From Pirellulales bacterium (GTDB taxonomy: Bacteria > Planctomycetota > Planctomycetia > Pirellulales > JAICIG01), in the NCBI GenBank assembly GCA_040901675.1, contig JBBDYJ010000028.1:53525-117524 (forward strand): a stretch of 64,000 nt of DNA. Reading direction: 5' to 3'. Position numbers and translations under genes: made by a program. Of this stretch, positions 26,505 through 36,984 are shown piece by piece. The stretch's first letter is position 1; each line of letters begins with the position of its first letter. The notes under the pieces were generated by a model. The model did no database searches and was not told the DNA's origin. It saw only the letters and a program-made list of their open reading frames with translations.

Positions 26505-28532
26505 ATGACACGCAGCCGAAGGTCCCTGCCCCCTGGTTGTTTCCTTAGCTTTGAGCGGTTGGAACGGCGCGAGGTCCTGGCCTCGGTCAGCGGCATCAAG
26601 TTCGCCGACTTGACCGGCGACGGCTTCAGCCCCGACGACGTGCCGCAGGGCGGCGTGACGATCGAGCTGTTCCTCGACGACGGCGACGGCGTGTTCGACC
26701 CGGCCGGCGACCTCCTGCTGGCTACCGACGTAACCGATGCGATCACCGGCGGCTACCAGTTCGACAACCTGGCGACCGGCCGGTATTTCATCCGCGAACA
26801 GGTGCCTGCCGGCTCGATCCAGACCGGCGGACCGGCCTTTTACACGGTCGACGTGCTCGGCGACGACGCGTTCTCCAGCGGCGCGCCGATCGACGACTTC
26901 GAAAGCCCTTCGCCGGGCGAGACGTTCTTCATCAACGCCTTCAATCTTGATCCCACGCTGCTGAAGCACGTGACCAGCGGAGCGCTGGGCGGCGAGCGCG
27001 ACGTGTTCATCGACGTGCTGGGCACCGCGAACCCGATTTCCGCCAGCGGGCAAGTCGGTTTCGACGGGACCGGCGGCTTTTTCACGTTCGCCACGGCCGC
27101 CCCGGGCACCATGGCGGTGCTCGAATACGACGGAGTTGATGCCGACTCGCCGGGGCCGCCGGCGTCGCTGATCAACGCGGAGGGTCTTTCGGCCGACGTG
27201 ACGGCCGGCGGCACCGCCACCGGCGTCCGGCTCGACTTTGAAACCCTGGAGGCCGGCCTGCTCCAGACCGAATTGGACGTGGAGATCCGCGCCACCGGCC
27301 CCGGCGGCGCGGCGGCCACGTTCACAGGCGCCATACCGGAGAGCATCGGGCCTTCGATCTTTTTTGTCCCGTTTTCCAGCTTCACGACATCCGGCGGATT
27401 CAGCTTCGAGAACATCAGCAGCCTGGAGTTCATCTTCAACTCCAGCGGCGTGCCGGACGTCGACTTTCAGTTGGACTTCGTGGGCGCGGCCATCGCGGGG
27501 CCGGGCGGCTTCAACTTCGCCAACGCCGCGCAGTTGTCGGCTCTGGCAGGCTGCGTGTTCGTCGATGCGAATAACAACGGCGTTGTGGACGCGGGCGAGG
27601 CTGGCCTTCCTGGCGTGACTATCACGCTGACGGGAACGGACGACCTGGGCAACGAGGTGCTTTTGACCACGGTCACTGACAGCGACGGCAACTTCCGCTT
27701 CGACAATTTGCGTCCGGGCACGTACAAGCTCACCGAGACGCAGCCTGCCAATTTCGTCGACGGCCAGGAGGTGCTGGGCAGCCTGGGAGGCACGGTCACC
27801 AACGACATGTTCTCCGATATCGTCCTGCCGGCCGGGATTGTGGGAGTGGACTATTGCTTCGGAGAACGTGGCCGAGGTGATGTTTCCAAGCAGGACTTCT
27901 TTGCTTCCGCGCCTCCGGGGTCGGTGTTTTTCGTCGACGCCCTGTTTCGCCGGGTTTTGGGCCGGCCCGGTTCGCTGGAAGACATCGTGAGCTGGTCCAA
28001 CACGATTAACGCCGGCGTGAGCATGGCGCAGGTGGCCGACGCCTTCTTCGACAGCGTCGAGCGCAAGACCGGCGTGATTGGCGATCTGTACGAACAATAC
28101 CTGGGCCGCGCGGCGGACGCCGAAGGCCTGCGACATTGGATCGCCGTCTGGGACGCCACCGGCAGCCTGGAGCAGATCCAGGCCAGCATCATCGCCTCGC
28201 CGGAGTTCTTCGCGTCGTCGGGCGGCACCGATGAGGCCTGGGTGCTGGCCCTGTACCAGAACTTGCTCGGCCGCAGTGCCAGCTCCGCTGAGATCGGCTT
28301 CTGGACCAACCGGCTGGCGGCCGTGGACACCCGCGACATCGTGTTGGGATTCTTGTTCAGCGACGAGCTCCGCCTGGCGAGCATCACAAGCTGGTACGCC
28401 AGCGACCTCGATCGGCCGCCCGATCCCGGCAGTGCCCAGTTCTGGCTCAGCCAGCTCAGGCAAGGCCTGACCCCCGACGACGTGCGCGTCCGTCTCCTGG
28501 TCAGCGCCGAATCGCTGGCACGGTTCGGCTAG
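26505..28532 (+). CDS. Secreted protein: SdrD-B-like domains, a domain shared with the PEP-CTERM protein, and C-terminal DUF4214-like repeats
   Basis: Planctomycete signal LSFERLERREVLA; GCVFVDANNNG..DAGEAGLPGVTITLTG; LYEQYLGRAADAEGLRHW and LYQNLLGR repeats. Confidence 0.85.
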   Translation: MTRSRRSLPPGCFLSFERLERREVLASVSGIKFADLTGDGFSPDDVPQGGVTIELFLDDGDGVFDPAGDLLLATDVTDAITGGYQFDNLATGRYFIREQVPAGSIQTGGPAFYTVDVLGDDAFSSGAPIDDFESPSPGETFFINAFNLDPTLLKHVTSGALGGERDVFIDVLGTANPISASGQVGFDGTGGFFTFATAAPGTMAVLEYDGVDADSPGPPASLINAEGLSADVTAGGTATGVRLDFETLEAGLLQTELDVEIRATGPGGAAATFTGAIPESIGPSIFFVPFSSFTTSGGFSFENISSLEFIFNSSGVPDVDFQLDFVGAAIAGPGGFNFANAAQLSALAGCVFVDANNNGVVDAGEAGLPGVTITLTGTDDLGNEVLLTTVTDSDGNFRFDNLRPGTYKLTETQPANFVDGQEVLGSLGGTVTNDMFSDIVLPAGIVGVDYCFGERGRGDVSKQDFFASAPPGSVFFVDALFRRVLGRPGSLEDIVSWSNTINAGVSMAQVADAFFDSVERKTGVIGDLYEQYLGRAADAEGLRHWIAVWDATGSLEQIQASIIASPEFFASSGGTDEAWVLALYQNLLGRSASSAEIGFWTNRLAAVDTRDIVLGFLFSDELRLASITSWYASDLDRPPDPGSAQFWLSQLRQGLTPDDVRVRLLVSAESLARFG

Positions 28533-28701
28533 GGAGCGGTTGTTCGTTCGCCAGCAGGCGCCCTTGGGGCGACCTTCGGCCAAGCAGCTTTCCTGTCTTG
28601 CTGAGATACGGATATCAGGGCCAGCAAGGCATTGCCCGGCGGTGAAGCACACGTTTCAATGTCCGTAGTAATACCACTGCGCGACGAAGGGAGGACTTGC
28701 T

Positions 28702-30603
28702 TTGACCACGGACAAGACGCTTCGGCAATACGGCCTCTGGGACAGCCCGATCAGCCCCGCCAGCCTGGCCGAGGGAAAGCGGCTCGATGGCGTGCGCTGG
28801 GACTCGGATGGCCGGACGCTGGTCTGGCTCGAGGGCCGCAGCGGGCGGGGCGTGCTGGTGGCCCAGGCGGGCACCGATGCACCGCGCGAGCTGACGGCCG
28901 AGCTGAGCGTGCGGGCGGAGGTCGGTTATGGCGGCGGTGACTTCACCGTTCATAGTGGCCACGTTTATTTCGTCGTGTACAAGACGGGCCGCGTTTTCCG
29001 GCAGCCGCTGGCGGGCGGCAGCGCCCGCCCGATCACGCCTGCCTTCGGCAAGGCCGCCTCACCCGTCGTCTCACCCGAGGGCCGCTGGCTGGCCTACGTC
29101 CACCATGACGAAGAGCAGAACGACCGCCTGGCGGTGGTCGATACGTCGGGGACGTATTGGCCGCAGATTCTTTCATCCGGACACGACTTCTATATGCAGC
29201 CGCGCTGGAGCCCGGACGGCAAGCACCTGGCGTGGATCGCCTGGGACCATCCCAACATGCCCTGGGACGGGACGGTGTTGTACCTGGCCGACGTCCAGAC
29301 GCCGCGCGACGGCCTGCCGAGCCTGGGCGCGCCGCGCGCGATCGCCGGCGACCACGACACCGCCATCTTCCAGCCGGAGTTCACGCCCGACAGCCGGCAG
29401 CTCTTATACGTCTCTGATGAAAGCGGCTGGGGCCGCATCGCCGCCCACGACCTGAGCGGCGGGCAGCGGCGCTGGATCAGCCCGGACGGCGTCGAGTGCG
29501 GCATGCCGGCCTGGGTGCAGCAAATGCGGACCTACGCGATCGCGGCCGACGGACGGCGCGTGACGGCAACCTTCGGCAATCGCGGCTTTCAGCACCTGGT
29601 GACGATCGACCTGGAAACGCTCGACGTTGTCCAGCCGCCGGTGCTGTCCGACTACTCGGAGATTTCCGACATCGCCGCCTCCCCCGCCAAGGAAGCCATT
29701 GCCTTCATCGGCAGCGGGCCGGTCGTGTCCAATCGCGTGGTCGTGTTCGACCCCCAGAGCAGCCAGTCGCGCGTGGTGGCCCGCGCCGGCGGCGAAACCG
29801 TCCCCCCCTCCGCTCTGGCCGCGTGCGATTGCATCTCGTGGCCCACGGCCGGCGGCGAGCAGGCGCACGGCCTGGTGTACATGCCCGCCAGCGAGCGTTT
29901 TTATTCCGAAGGGCTGCCACCGCTGGTCGTGCTGGTGCACGGAGGTCCCACGGGCCAGGCGAAGGCCGGCTGGCGGGGCGAAGCCCAGTTCTTCGCCACG
30001 CGCGGTTACGCGGTGCTGCTGGTGAACTACCGCGGCAGCACCGGCTATGGCCGCGACTACATGCTCAAGCTCCGCGGCAACTGGGGTGTGTACGACATCG
30101 AAGACGTGGTCAGCGGCAAAGAGCACTTGGTCGATTCGGGCCGCGTGGATCCCGAGCGGACCGTGATCATGGGGGGCAGCGCTGGCGGTTTCACCGTGCT
30201 CGAGACGATGGCCCGCCGGCCGGAGGCATTCAACGCGGGCGTCAGCCTGTACGGCGTCGCCAACCAGTTCAGCCTGGCCGCCGACACGCACAAGTTCGAG
30301 AGCCGGTATCTCGATTCGCTGCTGGGCCCATTGCCCCAGGCGGCCGCCGTTTATCGCGAGCGGTCGCCCGTGTTCCATGCCGAATCGATCCGCCGGCCGT
30401 TGGCGGTTTTTCAGGGCAACATCGACAACGTCGTGCCCCGCGAGCAGTCCGACTCGATCGTGGAGGCCTTGCGCCGCAACGGCACCCGCCACGTGTACCA
30501 CGTCTACGAGGGCGAAGGCCACGGCTGGCGGAAGCGCGAAACCATCGAGCACTTCTACAAGGAGGTCGACGCCTTCCTGCGCCAGAACGTGATCCTCGCC
30601 TGA
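28702..30603 (+). CDS. S9 family prolyl oligopeptidase / acylaminoacyl peptidase
   Basis: YGLWDSPIS, HGGPT, NYRGSTGYG, GGSAGG nucleophile, DNVV, EGHG. Confidence 0.93.
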   Translation: MTTDKTLRQYGLWDSPISPASLAEGKRLDGVRWDSDGRTLVWLEGRSGRGVLVAQAGTDAPRELTAELSVRAEVGYGGGDFTVHSGHVYFVVYKTGRVFRQPLAGGSARPITPAFGKAASPVVSPEGRWLAYVHHDEEQNDRLAVVDTSGTYWPQILSSGHDFYMQPRWSPDGKHLAWIAWDHPNMPWDGTVLYLADVQTPRDGLPSLGAPRAIAGDHDTAIFQPEFTPDSRQLLYVSDESGWGRIAAHDLSGGQRRWISPDGVECGMPAWVQQMRTYAIAADGRRVTATFGNRGFQHLVTIDLETLDVVQPPVLSDYSEISDIAASPAKEAIAFIGSGPVVSNRVVVFDPQSSQSRVVARAGGETVPPSALAACDCISWPTAGGEQAHGLVYMPASERFYSEGLPPLVVLVHGGPTGQAKAGWRGEAQFFATRGYAVLLVNYRGSTGYGRDYMLKLRGNWGVYDIEDVVSGKEHLVDSGRVDPERTVIMGGSAGGFTVLETMARRPEAFNAGVSLYGVANQFSLAADTHKFESRYLDSLLGPLPQAAAVYRERSPVFHAESIRRPLAVFQGNIDNVVPREQSDSIVEALRRNGTRHVYHVYEGEGHGWRKRETIEHFYKEVDAFLRQNVILA

Positions 30604-30635
30604 GGCGGACTGCGCTGCAAACTGGGTGGCTGACG

Positions 30636-30790
30636 GGGGTGGCTGGTGGCAAAGCGTCAGCGTGCCCCAGGACAGTGGTCCGTGGACGGTGGTCAGAACG
30701 GCGGGTGGCTGGTGGCAAAGCGGTAGCGTGCCCCAGTCCTCGTCTCTTCCTCCTTCTGCCTTCGTCCTTCTGCCTTCTGCCTTTCCTCCC
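30636..30790. repeat. Two REP-like copies plus heptamer tandem repeats between convergent genes
   Basis: gggtggctggtggcaaagcg..agcgtgccccag x2; (ccttctg)-type run at ~30752-30785. Confidence 0.75.
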
Positions 30791-32287
30791 TCACGCCAGA
30801 AGCTTCGTCACCAGCTTGCCGCCCACGTCGGTCAGCCGGAAATCGCGGCCCTGGAAGCGATGCGTGAGCTTCAGATGATCGAGGCCGAAAAGGTGCAGGA
30901 TCGTGGCGTGCAGGTCGTTGATGTGGATCGGATCTTCCGTGACGTTCCAGCCGATCTCGTCGGTTGTTCCAATCGTCTGGCCGCCCTTGATTCCTCCGCC
31001 GGCCATCCAGAGGCTGAAGGCAAACGGGTGATGGTCGCGGCCCGTGTTCGACTCGCGGCCGCCCCGGTTTTCGCCCAAGGGAGTCCGGCCGAACTCGCCG
31101 GCCCACACCACCAGCGTCGTATCGAGCAGGCCTCGCTGCTTGAGGTCCTTGAGCAGGGCGGCCACCGGCTGGTCGGCCATGCGGCAGTTGAAGGCCAGCT
31201 CGCGATCGATATAGCTGTGGTGGTCCCAAGAGGCATGATAGAGGTTGACGAACCGCACGCCGCGCTCGACCAGCCGGCGGGCCAGCAGGCAGTTGGCCGA
31301 AAAGGCCCGCATCACGCCTCGCCCGCCTCCCCTGAAGTTCTGGTCCGGCTCGTCGGGCCGGTCGACGCCATAGGCGGCCAGCGTGGCGGCGGTCTCATCG
31401 GACAGATCGATCAGCTCGGGCGCCGCCGATTGCATGCGGAAGGCCAGCTCGTACGAGGCGATCCGCGAGGCGATCTCGGGGTCGCCCAGGTGCTCGTAGC
31501 GCTTGCGGTTCAGCCTGGCCAGCGCGTCGAGGCTCTCGCGCTGCATCTGGGGCGAAAGCCCCGCCGGGTTGCTCAGGTTCAACACCGGATCGCCCTGGTT
31601 GCGGAACAGCACGCCCTGGTACGTGGTCGGCAGAAAGCCGCTCGCCCAGAGCGAGGCCCCGCCGCTGGTGCCCCGGCCCGCGGTGAGCACGACGTAGCCG
31701 GGCAGGTCGTGCGACTCGCTGCCCAGGCCATAGTTGAGCCACGACCCCATGCTGGGGCGGCCGAACATCGGCACGCCGGTGTTCATCAGCAACTGGCCGG
31801 GGTGGTGATTGAAGGCCTCGGTGTGCATCGAGCGGACCAGGGCGATGTCGTCGACGCAGCCTGACAGGTGCGGGAGCAGATCCGAGAGCACCATGCCGCA
31901 CTCGCCGTACTTGGCAAACGTGCGCGGGCAGCCCATCAGGACCGCCGACTCCTTCTGGATGAAGGCAAAACGCACGTTCGTGGTCATCGACTCGGGCAGC
32001 TTCTGACCGTTGAGCTCGTTGAGCTTGGGCTTGGGATCGAACAGGTCGATCTGGCTGGGAGCCCCTTCCAAGAAGATGAAGATGCAGGCCTTGGCCCGCG
32101 GCGCAAAGTGTGGCGGCCGCGGCGCCAGCGGGCTCGCCAACGCCGTGCCGGCCGCGCCGGCGCCATCGGCTGCCAACAGACCGTCGGCAGCCAGCAGCGA
32201 AGCCAACGCTGCGCCGCCAATGCCTCCAGCGGAAGTCGTCAGAAACTCGCGCCGCGAGCGGAGAATGCGTTCGTCGATTGGGCTCAT
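30791..32287 (-). CDS. DUF1501 domain protein (Tat-like signal)
   Basis: SRREFL; AKACIFIFLEGAPSQIDLFDPKP; LLARRLVERGVRFV; WDHH; GEFGRTP; GRDHHP. Confidence 0.93.
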   Translation of the reverse strand: MSPIDERILRSRREFLTTSAGGIGGAALASLLAADGLLAADGAGAAGTALASPLAPRPPHFAPRAKACIFIFLEGAPSQIDLFDPKPKLNELNGQKLPESMTTNVRFAFIQKESAVLMGCPRTFAKYGECGMVLSDLLPHLSGCVDDIALVRSMHTEAFNHHPGQLLMNTGVPMFGRPSMGSWLNYGLGSESHDLPGYVVLTAGRGTSGGASLWASGFLPTTYQGVLFRNQGDPVLNLSNPAGLSPQMQRESLDALARLNRKRYEHLGDPEIASRIASYELAFRMQSAAPELIDLSDETAATLAAYGVDRPDEPDQNFRGGGRGVMRAFSANCLLARRLVERGVRFVNLYHASWDHHSYIDRELAFNCRMADQPVAALLKDLKQRGLLDTTLVVWAGEFGRTPLGENRGGRESNTGRDHHPFAFSLWMAGGGIKGGQTIGTTDEIGWNVTEDPIHINDLHATILHLFGLDHLKLTHRFQGRDFRLTDVGGKLVTKLLA

Positions 32288-32309
32288 GTCAAAGTACCTG
32301 TGCGCGGCG

Positions 32310-35300
32310 TCACTCCCGCGTAATGAATTCGTCCAGGTTCAACAGCGTTCGCCCCACGGCCACCCAGGCGGCCAGCTCGGCGTCGGATATCGCCACCGGC
32401 CTCGGCTGGCTGCCGGCCAGTTGGGCAGCCGAGGCCGGGTCGGCCTGGCAAAGAGCCAGCTCGGCCTCGTAGAGCGCGGCGAGATCCGCTAGCTCATCAT
32501 CGCCGGGCGAGCGTGCCAGGCAAATCCGGAAAGCATAGCGAAGCCGCTCCCCAGGGTGGTCTACTCGCTCCGCGAGTGGCTCGACTGAGTGATCCGCGTC
32601 GAAGCCGGCCGAATCGGGGCCGGCAGAATCTCTGTCCCCCGCCTCGGCCACGATCCGGCGGGCGAGCGCTTGAGCGCACTCGAAAAACACCGGGTCGTTC
32701 AAGAGCGTCAGCGCCTGCAGCGGCGTGTTCGACCGCTCGCGGCGGGTGCAGGCCACGTTGCTGTCGGGCGCGTCAAACGTCATCAACATCGGGTAGGGGC
32801 TGGTCCGCTGGAACCAGGTGTACAGCCCGCGGCGATAACGGTCCGCTCCGCTGCTCTCGACCCACTTGGCGCTGTCGGCGTACGTCAGCTCCGAGATGCC
32901 GGCCGGCTGCGGCGGGCGCACGCTGGGGCCGCCGATCGTCGGGTTCAGCAAGCCGCTGGCAGCCAACGAGAGGTCGCGGATCACTTCGGCCTCGACGCGC
33001 AGCCGCCGCTGCCGGGCCAGCAGAATGTTGCTCGGATCGCGCTGGAGGTGCTCCGGCAAAGTCCGCGACGACTGCCGATAGGTGGCCGAAGTCACGATCA
33101 GCTTGTGCAGCGCCTTGAGGCTCCAGTCGTGGGCCATGAATTGCCCCGCCAGCCAGTCGAGCAGCTCCGGGTGGCTGGGCGGCTCGCCCTGCGTGCCGAA
33201 GTCGTCATCCGTCGATACCAGGCCACGGCCAAAGTGCCTGGCCCACACACGGTTGACCGTGACCCGGGCCGTCAGGGGGTTGGCGGGATCGACCAGCCAC
33301 GCGGCCAGATCCAGCCGGTCGGGCTGGGGGCCTCGCGGCTGCATCGAGTGCAGGACGGCCGGCGTGTGCGGATCGACCCGCGCCCCCGGCTGCAAAAAAT
33401 CGCCCCGCAGCAGGATGTGCGTCTCGCGCGGCGTGCTCGCCTGGGCCACCGCCTGCGCCTTGGTCACGGTGCCGGGATCGACCGGCGCCTTGGCCGCATG
33501 CTCCGCCAACGCCTGCTTCAATTTTGCCAGCTCCGGATCGGCAGTCCGGTGGAACTCGGCCAGCTCCGACAGCTCGTCGGCCGTCCGCTCGGCCGCCGGT
33601 TTGGCCAGGATGCCGGCCAGCCGGCTGGAAATGCCCTTGGCGTCCAACGGACCGTTGGACGACGTGATCGAGATCCTCAGCCGGCCGATGGTGTGCTGTT
33701 GGCCATGCTGCTGATCCAGCGTGAACGTCAACCGGCGGCTCCCCTCGCCGGCCGGCGGCTGCCTGGTTTCGAAAACAGTCTCGAAAACAGTCTCGAAAAC
33801 CGCCACGTGATCGCGCCCGAACTGCGGCGCCACCGCCCAACCGGTCTTGGTGTCGCCATCGATCGCATTGGCCGGAGGAAAACCATCCTGGGCGAAGTCG
33901 GCCTGTCCCCCTGCCAGCTCAACGGCCTGAAGCTCGCCGCCAGCGCCCGCCGGCGTGGCCGCCAGACGCAGCTCAGACAGCACAAAATTGCCATGCGCCA
34001 CGCGGCCCGGGCCCTTGGCCGGCAAGCTCGGATCGGACAGGACTTCCAGCCGCAGGCCGGTAATGGTCCCTAGATCGGTGGCGGCCGTAATCGAGTACGT
34101 ATCGGTGTCGGGTTTTTTTCCTTCCACCAGCAGCGAGCCGTCGCCTTGTGTCTTCAACGTCGCACCGCCGGCCGACGTGGCACTTTCAGGCTCCAGCACC
34201 GTCCAAACCGTGAGCGAGTTGAGGTCGAGGCCCTTTTCCCACTCCGCCTGGCGCGACGCGAGCTCCTCCCGCTCGAATCGTTCGACTTCCGCCGCCAGTT
34301 TCGCTTGCTCCTGGTCGAATACCTGCTTGGCCTCGCGGTAGGCGGCCGCCTGCTCGGGCAGCGGCGCGGGCAGATCGACTTCGTCCAGGCTGTTGAAGAA
34401 GGCAAAAAGCCCGTAGTACTCGCGCTGGGCGAGCGGGTCGTACTTGTGCGTATGGCATTGGGCGCAGGCGACCGTCAGGCCGAGCCAGATCGAGCCGGTC
34501 GTGTTCACTCGATCGACGGTTTTCTTGACGCGGTCCTCTTCCGGATCGACGCCGCCTTCGCGGTTCGTCAGCGTGTTGCGGTGAAAGCCGGTCGCGATCC
34601 GGGCCGACTCGTCTTCGCCGAGCAGGTCGCCGGCCAACTGCTCGATCGTGAACTGATCGAACGGCAGATCGCGGTTCAAGGCCTCGATCACCCAATTGCG
34701 GTACCGCCAGGCGTGGGGCCGCCCGGTGTCTTTTTCGTAGCCGTCGCTGTCGGCGTAGCGGGCCAGGTCGAGCCAGTGCCGGCCCCAGCGCTCGCCGTAG
34801 TGGGGCGAAGCAAGCAGCCGGTCGACCAGCCCCTCATACGCATCGGGCCGCGCGTCGCTGAGAAAGTCGTCCACCTCCGCCGGCGCCGGCGGCAGGCCCA
34901 ACAGGTCGATCGAAAGCCGGCGGATCAGCGTAGCGCGGTCGGCCTCCGGCGAGGGCGCCAGGCCCGACCCTTCCAGCCGGGCCAGCACAAAAGCATCGAT
35001 CCCGTTGCGCACGCGGCCCGCATCGGCCACCTGGGGCACCGCCACCGGCTCAATCGGCTTGAACGACCAATGATCGGCGCCGCCCGCCCGCGCGGCGGCC
35101 GTTTCATCGGCCCAGTCGGCTCCCTGGTCGATCCAGGCCCGCAAGAGCCCGATCTCGGCGGCCGAGAGCCGTTCGCCGTCGGGCGGCATCACGATCTCGT
35201 CCTCGTTGAGTCCCGTGACATATCGGATCAGCCGGCTATCGGCGCTCTTGCCCGGCACCAGCGCCGGGCCGCTATTGCCGCCGCGCAAGGCATCGTCCTT

Positions 35301-35585
35301 GGTATCGAGTCGCAGGCTCGCCTCGGCCATCTCGGCACCGTGGCACGAATGGCAATGCTTGGCGAGGATCGGCTGGACATCGCGGGCAAAATCGACCGGT
35401 TCGGCCGAGGGCGCCGGCAGGGCGGCCTCGCCACTGCCTGCAGGTTGCGCTGCGTCTTGATTCGGCCCGCCGGCTTCCTGGACCGCCTCGTCCGCGGCCT
35501 GGGCCAAAGCGAGCCAACCGCCCAGCGCAACCGCCAGCACGGCGAGCAGTCGCGGACGCGATACGCGGGGTCGGAGCCGACGCAT
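32310..35585 (-). CDS. PSD1/planctomycete cytochrome c protein (DUF1549 + DUF1553)
   Basis: CHSCH and CAQCH heme motifs; HWSFKP; GERWGRHWLDLARYADS; PSHPELLDWLA; NTPLQALTLLND. Confidence 0.94.
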   Translation of the reverse strand: MRRLRPRVSRPRLLAVLAVALGGWLALAQAADEAVQEAGGPNQDAAQPAGSGEAALPAPSAEPVDFARDVQPILAKHCHSCHGAEMAEASLRLDTKDDALRGGNSGPALVPGKSADSRLIRYVTGLNEDEIVMPPDGERLSAAEIGLLRAWIDQGADWADETAAARAGGADHWSFKPIEPVAVPQVADAGRVRNGIDAFVLARLEGSGLAPSPEADRATLIRRLSIDLLGLPPAPAEVDDFLSDARPDAYEGLVDRLLASPHYGERWGRHWLDLARYADSDGYEKDTGRPHAWRYRNWVIEALNRDLPFDQFTIEQLAGDLLGEDESARIATGFHRNTLTNREGGVDPEEDRVKKTVDRVNTTGSIWLGLTVACAQCHTHKYDPLAQREYYGLFAFFNSLDEVDLPAPLPEQAAAYREAKQVFDQEQAKLAAEVERFEREELASRQAEWEKGLDLNSLTVWTVLEPESATSAGGATLKTQGDGSLLVEGKKPDTDTYSITAATDLGTITGLRLEVLSDPSLPAKGPGRVAHGNFVLSELRLAATPAGAGGELQAVELAGGQADFAQDGFPPANAIDGDTKTGWAVAPQFGRDHVAVFETVFETVFETRQPPAGEGSRRLTFTLDQQHGQQHTIGRLRISITSSNGPLDAKGISSRLAGILAKPAAERTADELSELAEFHRTADPELAKLKQALAEHAAKAPVDPGTVTKAQAVAQASTPRETHILLRGDFLQPGARVDPHTPAVLHSMQPRGPQPDRLDLAAWLVDPANPLTARVTVNRVWARHFGRGLVSTDDDFGTQGEPPSHPELLDWLAGQFMAHDWSLKALHKLIVTSATYRQSSRTLPEHLQRDPSNILLARQRRLRVEAEVIRDLSLAASGLLNPTIGGPSVRPPQPAGISELTYADSAKWVESSGADRYRRGLYTWFQRTSPYPMLMTFDAPDSNVACTRRERSNTPLQALTLLNDPVFFECAQALARRIVAEAGDRDSAGPDSAGFDADHSVEPLAERVDHPGERLRYAFRICLARSPGDDELADLAALYEAELALCQADPASAAQLAGSQPRPVAISDAELAAWVAVGRTLLNLDEFITRE

Positions 35586-35689
35586 TTTTTTTCAGCTCCA
35601 GAAGTCGGTGGGCAGCGGCGCGTGGCCGCGGAGCTATCCAGGCAGGCCAACCCTTGATTACAGCCCCGCCGCCGGCAGGTGTCAAGGCA
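35483..35689. repeat. ~205-bp direct repeat, copy 1 (upstream region + 5' end of the PSD1 gene)
   Basis: Closely similar to 36985-37191. Confidence 0.92.
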
Positions 35690-35984
35690 GGTCGCAAGCC
35701 GCTAGTCCCAAAGTCGAGGAGAAGCGTGTCGAAGTCAGCCACCGCGCGGCTAGTGCCAGACAATGTCAGGTCCAACAGGGTCACGTCCAACAGGAACTCG
35801 ACTAATGGACGGGACAGCTCGCCAATCAGCCGCCCCCTCGAGATCGTCGTGGAGTTCGTATCCAGTGAAGAGTATTGGCTGCTAGCCATAGTCGGTCTAG
35901 ATTAACGCTGCCCTTGCGGTAAGCTATAAGCAGGGAAGAAGGGTAGATCAGTTCATTGCGAAGCGTTCCAGGGGGGAGTAGATT

Positions 35985-36299
35985 ATGGGGAAGAGGAAAA
36001 GCACGAGAACCAAGACACACCAGATAGACGTCACGGAAAAGGCCGCGCAGGTCCGGGAATTCGTCGTTGAGCTGGTCCAAATCAAGGAGCCCGTAGACGT
36101 GGTGATGGAAGGGAAGGTCGTGATCCGAGCCCTTCCCGCAAAGGAGCCGGCGGACGCTGACTTCGTCGACGCAACGCCGGACGAGCGAGCACGGGCCTGG
36201 CGAGAAATCCAAAAGATTCAGCGAAAAGTTGGCAGGTCGCTCAAGGACCTGGGCGTCACCGAAGACGACGTGCTACGGGAAATCCTGACGGACGACTGA
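35985..36299 (+). CDS. Putative antitoxin
   Basis: 104 aa, GGGAG RBS, directly upstream of the PIN gene; acidic C-terminus GVTEDDVLREI. Confidence 0.65.
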   Translation: MGKRKSTRTKTHQIDVTEKAAQVREFVVELVQIKEPVDVVMEGKVVIRALPAKEPADADFVDATPDERARAWREIQKIQRKVGRSLKDLGVTEDDVLREILTDD

Positions 36300-36317
36300 C
36301 GACAACAGCCGGCGCGG

Positions 36318-36782
36318 ATGTCTTCAGAAGAAAAACTGGTCGTCGTCTTCGACACCAACGTTATTATTCCGTTAAGCATTCCGACGGGACGCTCTCGATC
36401 GTCCCGTCTTTTTTTGCGCCTCAAAGCCTCGGGGCACGTGATTGCGGTCTCCCCGCAGATTCTGGCAGAAGTACGCGAGAAGCTGCTCACCAAGGAACCA
36501 TTGCGAAAATGGCTAAAGCTCTCGGACGAAGAGATCGAGCGATTCGTGCAGCAGCTTCCCAGTCTGCTGGGTCGCACGCTCAAAGGCACCCTCCACCTGC
36601 ACGGTGTCGTGCCGGCTGATCCCAAGGATGATGCCATTATTGCGGCAGCCGTGGAGGCCGGCGCTTCCTATATCATCTCGGAGGACGCTCACGTGCTTAG
36701 TGTCGGTGCGTATGAGGGAATCAAGATCATGAACCGAGCGCAATTCGAAGCCGAGCTGGATCGGCTCGGTGTGCCCGACTAA
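36318..36782 (+). CDS. PIN-domain toxin (VapC/PIN_3-like)
   Basis: VVFDTNVII...E...DPKDDAIIAAAVEAGASYIISEDAHVL. Confidence 0.9.
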   Translation: MSSEEKLVVVFDTNVIIPLSIPTGRSRSSRLFLRLKASGHVIAVSPQILAEVREKLLTKEPLRKWLKLSDEEIERFVQQLPSLLGRTLKGTLHLHGVVPADPKDDAIIAAAVEAGASYIISEDAHVLSVGAYEGIKIMNRAQFEAELDRLGVPD

Positions 36783-36984
36783 AACACAGCAGACGGGAAG
36801 ACGCTTTCGAAAGGGCAGTCGCTGTCTGGGTCAAAGCGCGCTTCAAAACCAGCCACGCGTGGGCGCTTCAAACCCAGCCGGCCTTGGGGGATAAGGGGGT
36901 AAACTGCCGGTTTCGTTTTGGTTGTGTGCCGGCCGGTTGAGACGCTTTTGCCGATGGGCGCTTTGGCTGGTTTTGAATCGCCAG

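Noticed and set aside
26262..28652. 796-aa antisense ORF and similar long antisense ORFs (e.g. 11479-12912, 32589-34073, 52972-54540, 60677-62347)
   Set aside because: Mirror frames of high-GC genes with clear motifs on the other strand; they have no motifs of their own.
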